Source of the DNA: an uncultured bacterium | Lineage (GTDB): Bacteria; Lernaellota; Lernaellaia; Lernaellales; Lernaellaceae | NCBI GenBank assembly: GCA_964534375.1 | Contig: CAZHPN010000021.1 | Coordinates: 21,551 to 48,807, forward strand | Direction: 5' to 3' | Length of the DNA stretch: 27,257 nucleotides | Shown: positions 18,269 to 27,257 of the stretch, in pieces | How the letters are laid out: each line of letters opens with the position of its first letter | Position numbering within the stretch: position 1 is the stretch's first letter | The notes under the pieces: generated by a model | The model's database searches: none | What the model was told of the DNA's origin: nothing | What the model saw: the letters and a program-made list of their open reading frames with translations, nothing else | Program-made: the position numbers and the translations under genes

Positions 18269-19981
18269 TTACTTTTTCCCTTTTTGTTCCGCCGGCTCGT
18301 CGTCTTCGTCGCCCTCCGGCGTTCCGTCAGGATTCGGTTCGGGCGGCGTCGACTCGGCTGTCTCTTCCTTGCCGCCCGCGAACAGCCAACCGGTAACCGA
18401 CCGCGCCGCGCTTTTCGCGACCATCCCGAGCAGTTGCCAGAAGGTGATCCCCTCGCCTTCGCCGGCTGGCGGCTGCGCGGCGGCTAATTTGAATTTCAGC
18501 ATCAAATCGGCGGACTCTTGCACCCGCCCCAAATCTTCCATGGACATCTTCCCTTTTTTGGCTTGCTTCCGCAGCGCCTTGTCCGTAACGAAGCGCACGT
18601 CTTTCGCCGCAAGCAAGTTCGCGGTGATGCCGCTCTTGGCCGCAATGCGCAATTTGTATCCGTGCAAGCGGGACAAGGCGTTTTCCAAATCGCCCTTGCG
18701 GCCCGCCACGGTGGGCGAATCCGCGGCGTGGTCGATCAGAAACTCGACGAAGCCTTCCAAAAACGACGCTTTTCGGAAAGCGTTTTCCGCTTCGGCCAGC
18801 GACATGTTTTGCGGATCGGCGGCGGCCAATTTTTCCACGGCGCGCAGCGCAAATTGAATTTCGTCCTCGCCGACCGCCAGATTTCGGTCCTGGAGATCGT
18901 CCGTCTCGATCAGCGTCTCGGTCACCTCCGACCACGCCGATTCGATTTTATGCTTGTAAAATTCGGCGATCTGTTCGCGCGTGAGGCCGGCCACGCTGCG
19001 GTCTTTATCGATGAGATCTTTGATCTCGCTTGGCTGCGGCTCGGTCGCCTCGCGGCCGATTTTCAGCATGTGCAGTTTCGTTTTGTCGCCGAGCATTTCT
19101 TTGATCTGCGCCGCGTCGATCGCATCCATGCCATCGGTGATCAACAGGATTTCCGCGCCTTCGAACATGCCGTCGAAGCGAATGTCTTGCGCGGCGACGC
19201 TGATCGCCTGCGTGATGTCGGTGCCCTTGCCGCCGGGCTCGACGAACAACAATTGGCGCATCAGCCGGTCGAAGTCAGCCGCGTCGGTGAGCTTGGTGAG
19301 TTCGTAAACCTGGAAATCGAACGGCCGAAAAAACAGTCGCGCGCCGCCGCGTTTCTTCTGGCGCAGATACTCGATCGCCAGCACCTTCGCGAACAGCATG
19401 CGTTCGCGGTACCACATCGAATAGGAGCGATCGAGCAGGATATACAGCTTCTGCTCGGCGGCGTTGGTCATTTGCCGGCTGCCGCGATCGCGGATCGGCG
19501 CGGTTTCCATACCGGCTGAGCCCTTGCCGTCGCGCACGAGCACGCGGATGTGCAGTTGCTGCTCTTCGGCCTTGCGCAGCAACTCTGTGAAGTCCTCTGT
19601 CGCCACGTCGCCCGGCTTGATCGCCCCGACTTCCTCGACGCCCTTGATGCGCCGCTCGCCGAAGTGCGGATCGTGGCCCGTCAGCACGGGCACGTTTTCC
19701 GCCAGCGATTTCTTCGACGGCGAGTCGACGGCCGTGCGGCGATCCGCGGAAAGGCAGATGTCGAAGAAGCCCTTCAGTTGGCCGCCGAGTTTGCCGTCGG
19801 GCGATTTGACGATGCGCGCGATCTTGAACAGGAGGAAAAACGACGACGGCACGAGGCCGCGCAGGTCGGCGAACAAGTCCAAAAAGTCGTCAAAGTCCTG
19901 GTCGACCGGCGAATCGACCAGCAGCGTTTCGGGTGGCCGCGGCGCGTCGGCGCCTTGCGCAAGCCGGCTTAGAGCGTCCAT
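18269..19981 (-). CDS. VWA-domain protein (ViaA-like MoxR partner)
   Basis: MIDAS motif ILLDRSYSM (DxSxS), GGKGTDI, ILLITDG; overlaps the ATPase stop by 13 nt; acidic C-terminal tail. Confidence 0.8.
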   Translation of the reverse strand: MDALSRLAQGADAPRPPETLLVDSPVDQDFDDFLDLFADLRGLVPSSFFLLFKIARIVKSPDGKLGGQLKGFFDICLSADRRTAVDSPSKKSLAENVPVLTGHDPHFGERRIKGVEEVGAIKPGDVATEDFTELLRKAEEQQLHIRVLVRDGKGSAGMETAPIRDRGSRQMTNAAEQKLYILLDRSYSMWYRERMLFAKVLAIEYLRQKKRGGARLFFRPFDFQVYELTKLTDAADFDRLMRQLLFVEPGGKGTDITQAISVAAQDIRFDGMFEGAEILLITDGMDAIDAAQIKEMLGDKTKLHMLKIGREATEPQPSEIKDLIDKDRSVAGLTREQIAEFYKHKIESAWSEVTETLIETDDLQDRNLAVGEDEIQFALRAVEKLAAADPQNMSLAEAENAFRKASFLEGFVEFLIDHAADSPTVAGRKGDLENALSRLHGYKLRIAAKSGITANLLAAKDVRFVTDKALRKQAKKGKMSMEDLGRVQESADLMLKFKLAAAQPPAGEGEGITFWQLLGMVAKSAARSVTGWLFAGGKEETAESTPPEPNPDGTPEGDEDDEPAEQKGKK

Positions 19982-21315
19982 AGCGGCAGCCCGTCGCCCG
20001 CCACGTGAAGCACGGCAAGATCCTTGAGCTGCCTGTGGCAGCCGTCAGCCAACTCCTGAATGTAGAGGTTGGCCGGCTTGAGCTCGTTGAGCGCCATGCG
20101 CAGTTGCTCGATGGTCACTTGCAGTTCGTTTTTCTTGCCGCCCAGCTTGTCGGCGACGTCCGCTTTCCAATTTTTCTGCGGCGGCAGAATGCCGAGCATC
20201 GCCAGGTCGAGCGACCCGGCGCGCTTCGGATTCGCGCGCAGCATCTCGATGACGTTGAGGATCGTCGTCAGCAGCACGATCTGCTTGCGGAAGTTTTCGT
20301 CGTTGTGCAGGTAACGAATCGTTTCTTCGGCCGTTTGCGCGAAGATTTTCTCTTCTTCGTCTTCCGCGCCGACCATGCACAGCATCAGGTTCATTTTCGG
20401 CAGGTCGGTTTCTTCCACTTTCGTGCGGCCGCTGAGCAGCGCCCAGGCGCGCAAGTGATTGATGACGGCCGCTTGCCGGCGCGGGCTGAGGTAATAATTG
20501 CCCTTCGCCTTTTTCATGCGGTCGATGAAATATCGCAAGATGATGTTCTTGAGATAAAGCACGTCGTCGCTGATCTCAATATTGATGTCGCCGATCTGCC
20601 CGCACACGATCCGCGCGAGGTAGTCGATCTCGTCGCGCGAGATGGGCTTCACCGGCCCGCCGGCGCCGCTCTGGATGCCGAGGAACGACCGGTCGATGCG
20701 ATATTGCGTGAAGGCGTTGCTCTCGGCCGCGATCACGCTGCGATAGGCGAAACGGTCGACCACGGCCTCGGTCACTTCGTTCAGCCGCAGGTAGTTCGAC
20801 GCCGCCATGCACGTGTGCAGCCGCGCGTGGTACCGCTCGGCGCCTTCGAACAGCATCCGGTCCGACAGCAGCAGCATGATGTCGCGCAGGATCTGCTCGT
20901 TGGTGTCGAACAATTCGTCGAGAAAAGCAAAATCGGCTTCCAGGATCGAGCCGCGCGTCCGCCGGGCCTTCACGCCTTCGTCGCGATACCGCGGGATGTC
21001 GATCGGGCCGAAGTAGTTGTCTTTGGTGTCTTCGGCCGAGGCCTTGATGCCGAACGTCTTCGCCCCGGACGCCTTGAAAATCTCGAACAACTCGTTGGCA
21101 AGCATCGACTTCGCGATGCCGGTGCGGCCCAGCAGCATCACGTGCTGCCGCGTGAGCAGCGCGCAGGCGAATTGCAGAATGATTACATCGCGGCCGATGA
21201 CGCGCTCGGCGACGCGCGCGAATTCCTCGCGCATTTTATGAATGATCGCCTGATAGTCGAAGGCCGTAAAGTAGTATTGCGTAATCGGCGTGCGAATGTT
21301 GCGAACGTTGCTCAT
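19969..21315 (-). CDS. MoxR-family AAA+ ATPase, RavA-like
   Basis: VIGRD, HVMLLGRTGIAKS (Walker A), FAFLDELF (Walker B), AASN, AVVDRF, LSPRR. Confidence 0.85.
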   Translation of the reverse strand: MSNVRNIRTPITQYYFTAFDYQAIIHKMREEFARVAERVIGRDVIILQFACALLTRQHVMLLGRTGIAKSMLANELFEIFKASGAKTFGIKASAEDTKDNYFGPIDIPRYRDEGVKARRTRGSILEADFAFLDELFDTNEQILRDIMLLLSDRMLFEGAERYHARLHTCMAASNYLRLNEVTEAVVDRFAYRSVIAAESNAFTQYRIDRSFLGIQSGAGGPVKPISRDEIDYLARIVCGQIGDINIEISDDVLYLKNIILRYFIDRMKKAKGNYYLSPRRQAAVINHLRAWALLSGRTKVEETDLPKMNLMLCMVGAEDEEEKIFAQTAEETIRYLHNDENFRKQIVLLTTILNVIEMLRANPKRAGSLDLAMLGILPPQKNWKADVADKLGGKKNELQVTIEQLRMALNELKPANLYIQELADGCHRQLKDLAVLHVAGDGLPLWTL

Positions 21316-21350
21316 GCTCTCGCCTGCCGCGCGGCCCCCTTTGCCGCAGA

Positions 21351-21379
21351 AGTATCGGCCTCCCGCGCGGCAAAGTCAA
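21351..21379 (-). promoter_or_regulatory. sigma70-type promoter of the MoxR-VWA operon
   Basis: TTGACT-17 nt-GATACT about 35 nt upstream of the ATG. Confidence 0.55.
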
Positions 21380-21388
21380 ATCAGCGAA

Positions 21389-21406
21389 TGAATGACGGTT
21401 CATTCA
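21389..21406. promoter_or_regulatory. palindromic operator candidate TGAATGA-N4-TCATTCA (TetR-family type)
   Basis: Perfect 7-bp inverted repeat TGAATGA-CGGT-TCATTCA about 10 nt upstream of the -35 of the MoxR promoter. Confidence 0.55.
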
Positions 21407-21560
21407 ATGCGCCAAATTGCGACTGCCGGGCCGCGCCTCGTGGTTGTCGCCCCGACCGCTTGCCGGCGGGTCAACCCCGCAACGGGAAGATGCGTTCGCG
21501 CCGATTCCGGCCGGCCGATCGACGCCCGGCCGCGGTTGACTTGACGGCGCGTTGCCGTTA

Positions 21561-21592
21561 TTACGAAATTATGAAAAACAGAAATTACGAGG
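21561..21592 (+). repeat. four imperfect 8-bp direct repeats in the TA promoter region (putative autoregulatory operator)
   Basis: TTACGAAA-TTATGAAA-AACAGAAA-TTACGAGG, between tandem TTGACT/TTGACG hexamers (21536-21546) and the antitoxin ATG. Confidence 0.5.
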
Positions 21593-21598
21593 CAGGCC

Positions 21599-21901
21599 AT
21601 GGCGGCGGTTAAGGTGACGCGGAACGGGTCGGTCACGCTGCCGGTGAAATTCCGGCGGGCGTTGGGTTTGCGCGAGGGCGACCTCGTCAACGCGGAACTG
21701 AGCGGCGGCGCTATCGTCTTTCGCCCGGCGCGCGTGATCGACGCCGAGGACGCGTGGTTTTACACGAAAGAGTGGCAAGCGAAGGAAGCCGAGGCCGACG
21801 CGGAAATCGCGGCCGGTCTCGCTTCGGAAGTTTTTGAGTCGGTGGAAGCTCTGAAGAGAGATTTCGCAAAGAATCTGCCGCGTCCGCGAAAGAAACAGTA
21901 A
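21599..21901 (+). CDS. AbrB/MazE/SpoVT-family antitoxin
   Basis: VKVTRNGSVTLPVKFRRALGLREGD swapped-hairpin motif; acidic C-terminal WFYTKEWQAKEAEAD. Confidence 0.88.
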   Translation: MAAVKVTRNGSVTLPVKFRRALGLREGDLVNAELSGGAIVFRPARVIDAEDAWFYTKEWQAKEAEADAEIAAGLASEVFESVEALKRDFAKNLPRPRKKQ

Positions 21902-22158
21902 ATGAAGGGATTCAGGCGCGCTCCCGCCTTCATCAAGGACTTCGCGCGGCTGCCCCGGCCGATCCAGGACGCTTTCTGGAAACAACTCGAACTCCTCATG
22001 CGCAACCCGCACCATCCGTCGTTGAACGTCAAGAAAATGAAGGGCGCCGGTGAGATTTGGCGCGCCAACGTCACGGACGGCTATCGCTTCACCTTTGAAA
22101 TTGCGGGCGACCATTGTCTGCTGCGGCGCGTCGGAACGCATGACGTAATGCGCACGCC

Positions 22159-22162
<4 letters not shown>
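21902..22162 (+). CDS. RelE/ParE-superfamily toxin
   Basis: Basic 86 aa protein, FIKDFARL...[14 protein letters not shown]...[13 protein letters not shown]...RRVGTHD; starts immediately after the antitoxin stop (TAAATG). Confidence 0.85.
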
Positions 22163-24432
<2,270 letters not shown>

Positions 24433-24438
24433 CCGAGA

Positions 24439-24467
24439 ATGATTGGGGCCGGCGTCACGGATGTCAA
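24439..24467 (-). promoter_or_regulatory. sigma70-type promoter directly abutting the copA start
   Basis: TTGACA-17 nt-AATCAT-6 nt-ATG; no SD visible. Confidence 0.45.
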
Positions 24468-24496
24468 GCATTCCGGCGACGGCGATTCGCCCGTCA

Positions 24497-24539
24497 AATA
24501 GAGGAGCGGCGCCGGACTGGGGGCTTTGTCCGACGCCGC
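24497..24539 (-). terminator. intrinsic terminator-like hairpin
   Basis: Minus strand GCGGCGTCGGAC-AAAGCCCCCA-GTCCGGCGCCGC (12-bp stem, one G-U) followed by TCCTCTATTT. Confidence 0.45.
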
Positions 24540-24606
24540 CTGGAGAGGAGATTGGCCTTACCAAAACACTGTCTTGCGGTCCAAAGCGCTTCAATCACCA
24601 TCTGCC
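24497..24606 (-). ncRNA. candidate sigma54-dependent small RNA (about 110 nt)
   Basis: Lies between a sigma54 consensus promoter and a 12-bp hairpin with pyrimidine-rich tail; ends approximate. Confidence 0.35.
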
Positions 24607-24616
24607 GTGTTTGGAA

Positions 24617-24632
24617 AGCAAGACGGGCGCCA
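24617..24632 (-). promoter_or_regulatory. sigma54 (-24/-12) promoter
   Basis: TGGCGC-CCGTC-TTGCT matches TGGCRC-N5-TTGCW with exact GG-N10-GC spacing; AT-rich region upstream. Confidence 0.55.
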
Positions 24633-24812
24633 AGTTTCGGCGCTCTTGCCAACTAGCTGTTAAGAAAGGGAAAAGTCGCGTGGGGGAAATTATTGGCCAG
24701 CCGTTATCGACTCTTTGATCTTCAAAAATTCGATGATTCGGCAAAAAAACTGAGTGGGAGAGCGATAAGGCGGCGCCTGGGACCGGCGGCCGCCTGGCTC
24801 TTTCGAGCTTTG

Positions 24813-26453
24813 TTAGAACCGGAACATGAATTCGGTTTTCAGGCCTTTGAACGGCGGCATTTGCCGGCAAACGCCGCCGGAGCAGACCAAGCCGCCGATG
24901 TAGCGGCCGTAGGCGATGTCGATTCGCGCCCACTGGGCCGGGACAATAATCGCTTCGACGTTCCAAAAATTGGGTTGGTTCTGTTTCGGCGCATCCAGGG
25001 TGATGATCCCGCCGTTGGGCTCGTTCGACCATTCGTAGGTGCCCGCCAGCGAGACCCACGGCGCGTAGGCGAGGCCCAGCACGTTCACCTGATCGTAATA
25101 CTGCGCGGAGCGATCGATGCCGAGGCCCTGGAACTGTTTGACCTGCACCTCGGCGTTGATCGACCAGGGGAAAACGATCGGCGTCGCGCCGTTCACCTGG
25201 CCGTGCAGGAAGCGGCCTTCGACGATTTCGCGATACCCGCCGTAGAGGGTCGCGGTGGCGCCGTTGCTGAACACGCGGTCGACGCCGGCGAAAATGTGCT
25301 GAATCCACGTCTGCCAGGGGTTGCCCTTCGTCGACTCGTAATGCTCGGCGAGCGTGGCCGGCTGGGTGGGATGGCTCTCGACGCGCAGGTAGTTGACGTA
25401 GGTCGCCAAGTCGATGCCGGGAATCGTGTAATCCACGCGGGCGCGGCCGCCGATCGCATCGACGAAATTCGGCAGATGGCCGAAGGCGATGTCCGTGTAC
25501 TCCAGGCTCGGCGGGCTGTTGTACGTGACAGGGCTCGAACCCGGTATGGTTTCATTGGGCGACGATTGAAAGTAGTTGAATTGATAATAGTCGGTGCCTT
25601 CGAGAATCAACGTCACCGGGCCGAGATACCAATTGCTCAACAAGTAGGCGGCGCGGCCCTCGTCGAGCACGTTCTTGACGCCGTTCTTGTGGTCCTCGTC
25701 GTACTCCATCCAGGCGTATTCGGCTTCGATCGAACCGGCTTTGCCCAGGTGCGGCGCCTCGGCGATCGCCGAATAGATGTTGATGCGGTTGTCGCGATCG
25801 TAGGCGGCGAAGGCGCTGGTGTCGTCGTACCGCAGTGTGCCGCCGACCCAACTGCCGCCGACGCGGACGTACTGCGGGTCGCCGGCCATCAACCGCCCGC
25901 CCCAGAGAACGTCGCGGCCGTTGAAAAAGCTCGGAATCGGCGCCTCGGCCCGTTGCGGCACGAACGCGACGTCGTCGCCGAGATTGACCATGCCGCCCAA
26001 GCCTTCGATTTCGAAAAAGTTCTGATACGAGGCCCGGAACACGCCGCCTTGAATCGTCGTGTCCATGCCGAATTCGTCCTGCTTCAACAGACTGAGCGTC
26101 AGGCCGTGGCCGAAACGCGCGAAGAAGTCGCCGACGCGCGCATAGATCGGCTTCTGGTCGTATTGAAAGAAGAATTTCCGCGGAATGTATTCGACGTAAT
26201 AAACGGAATTGAGCAGGTAGGCTTCCGTGTCGTAGCGCACACCCGCCGCAAACGGCCCCTTGCTCGCTTGCAGATCGAGCCGGTTGACGAACGCGTAGAA
26301 CGGCTGCGCTGGATCGGTGATGTCGCGGATGAATTTCAACGTTTCGATGACGTTCACCGAATCCGTGACCGGCGTATTCACCTCCAGGGCGGAGGCGGCG
26401 GTCGCCGCGCCGAGCGCCAACAGCGCCGCCAACCAGGCGAGGGGCCGCGTCAT
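24813..26453 (-). CDS. outer-membrane beta-barrel protein with C-terminal CSGGVC motif (DUF6029-like)
   Basis: Signal peptide (LAALLALGAATAASA), alternating amphipathic strands, RVGDFFARFGHGLTL, terminal GGLVCSGGVCRQMPPFKG...MFRF ending in Phe. Confidence 0.7.
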   Translation of the reverse strand: MTRPLAWLAALLALGAATAASALEVNTPVTDSVNVIETLKFIRDITDPAQPFYAFVNRLDLQASKGPFAAGVRYDTEAYLLNSVYYVEYIPRKFFFQYDQKPIYARVGDFFARFGHGLTLSLLKQDEFGMDTTIQGGVFRASYQNFFEIEGLGGMVNLGDDVAFVPQRAEAPIPSFFNGRDVLWGGRLMAGDPQYVRVGGSWVGGTLRYDDTSAFAAYDRDNRINIYSAIAEAPHLGKAGSIEAEYAWMEYDEDHKNGVKNVLDEGRAAYLLSNWYLGPVTLILEGTDYYQFNYFQSSPNETIPGSSPVTYNSPPSLEYTDIAFGHLPNFVDAIGGRARVDYTIPGIDLATYVNYLRVESHPTQPATLAEHYESTKGNPWQTWIQHIFAGVDRVFSNGATATLYGGYREIVEGRFLHGQVNGATPIVFPWSINAEVQVKQFQGLGIDRSAQYYDQVNVLGLAYAPWVSLAGTYEWSNEPNGGIITLDAPKQNQPNFWNVEAIIVPAQWARIDIAYGRYIGGLVCSGGVCRQMPPFKGLKTEFMFRF

Positions 26454-26945
26454 TTACTTCGTCAACGCTTTCTTGATTTGCTCTTCGAGCAATTTTTCTT
26501 CGCCCGGCTGGTAGCCGATGTGCGTCCACTGGATCTTGCCCTGTTTGTCGATCACGATCGTCAGCGGGTAGTCGTTGCGCTGATTGAGCAAGGCGTTGAC
26601 GCGGCTGTCGGTGTCAAGGAGCACCGGGTAATTCACCTGGTAACGCCGCACGATCGTTTTCACCAGCGGCATGTCCGACGACGAATCCGCCGTGATCGAC
26701 CAGATTTCCACTCCCTGGTCTTTGTACACATCGTACAGCTTCTTCAGTTGCGGCATTTCCATCTTGCAGGGCACGCACCAGGTCATCCAGAAACTGAGCA
26801 CGACCACCTTGCCCTTGGCGTCGGCCAGGTGGTGCGACACGCCGTCGAGGTCTTTGAGCGTGAAGTCGGGGGCGATCCCGCCTTGCGCATATGCCAGGGC
26901 GGTCAAACCACACAACGCCGTCAGGACCAAAGCCAAACGTTTCAT
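26454..26945 (-). CDS. exported TlpA/ResA-like thiol-disulfide oxidoreductase
   Basis: Signal peptide MKRLALVLTALCGLTALAYA, APDFTLKDLDG, KGKVVVLSFWMTWCVPC, YPVLLD, YPLTIVIDKQG; start ATG 26945; stop abuts the barrel ATG. Confidence 0.88.
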   Translation of the reverse strand: MKRLALVLTALCGLTALAYAQGGIAPDFTLKDLDGVSHHLADAKGKVVVLSFWMTWCVPCKMEMPQLKKLYDVYKDQGVEIWSITADSSSDMPLVKTIVRRYQVNYPVLLDTDSRVNALLNQRNDYPLTIVIDKQGKIQWTHIGYQPGEEKLLEEQIKKALTK

Positions 26946-27063
26946 TTTTTTCTCGCTCTCATCCCCGGCGGGGTTCGCCGCCGATGTTTCGCAATCTTTA
27001 GCAAAGACACGTGTTCCGGTCAACTTGAACTACAGAGCCACGGCGCGGCAAAGCCGCAACCGA

Positions 27064-27091
27064 ATTTCGGATTGCGGATTTCGGATTGCGG
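27064..27091 (+). repeat. heptamer tandem repeat ATTKCGG x4
   Basis: ATTTCGG-ATTGCGG-ATTTCGG-ATTGCGG. Confidence 0.85.
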
Positions 27092-27150
27092 AATGAACCG
27101 GCGCGGGGTCTGCCTGGTCTTATTGCGCCCGGTTGGCGAACGGGCACGGC

Positions 27151-27204
27151 CCCGATCGCCCCATGAGTGCAATTGGTCCCGAAAGCCCCATTACTCCCAT
27201 GTGC
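27151..27204 (+). repeat. degenerate nonamer tandem array (6 units)
   Basis: CCCGATCGC-CCCATGAGT-GCAATTGGT-CCCGAAAGC-CCCATTACT-CCCATGTGC; CCC recurs every 9 nt in 5 of 6 units. Confidence 0.45.
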
Positions 27205-27256
27205 AGGGCAACGGCAAAGTCGATTTAGGATCTCCGAGCAATGCGAAAGCGTGGCC
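27191..27256 (-). CDS. possible 3' end of an upstream gene (partial)
   Basis: Frame reads GHAFALLGDPKSTLPLPCTWE*; LLGDP resembles the C-terminal motif of peptidase C25/CHAT domains, but only 21 residues are visible. Confidence 0.25.
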   Translation of the reverse strand, partial: GHAFALLGDPKSTLPLPCTWE

Positions 27257-27257
27257 G

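Noticed and set aside
21571..21612. 13-codon uORF MKNRNYEAGHGGG overlapping the antitoxin start
   Set aside because: No SD; explained by the AT-rich repeat array
24433..24594. 54-residue N-terminal extension of CopA in the ORF track
   Set aside because: Not HMA-like and spans a terminator-like hairpin and promoter elements

Overview
GC-rich bacterial chromosomal segment, probably from an anaerobic or facultative deltaproteobacterium-like lineage (inferred from pilB-pilT-pilC-pilS gene order and protein styles). Almost all genes are on the minus strand. From right to left: a TlpA-like thioredoxin coupled to an outer-membrane beta-barrel with a C-terminal CSGGVC motif; a candidate sigma54-driven small RNA; the Cu+-ATPase CopA; a convergent AbrB/RelE-type toxin-antitoxin pair; a RavA-like MoxR AAA+ ATPase with a VWA partner; type IV pilus genes pilB-pilT-pilC-pilS without pilR or pilA; a roughly 2.2 kb patch with gene remnants (including a DUF1566/Lcl C-terminus of the kind DGRs target) and an AT-richer beta-propeller gene; a tightly coupled 7-gene operon joining a four-subunit 2-oxoacid:ferredoxin oxidoreductase to a HydABC/NuoEFG-like module that has bifurcation signatures but no catalytic domain; an ECF sigma/zinc anti-sigma pair; a KimA-like K+ transporter; and a partial SGNH hydrolase. 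The POR-linked bifurcating module is the most notable system. All calls come from reading motifs by eye; no searches were run.
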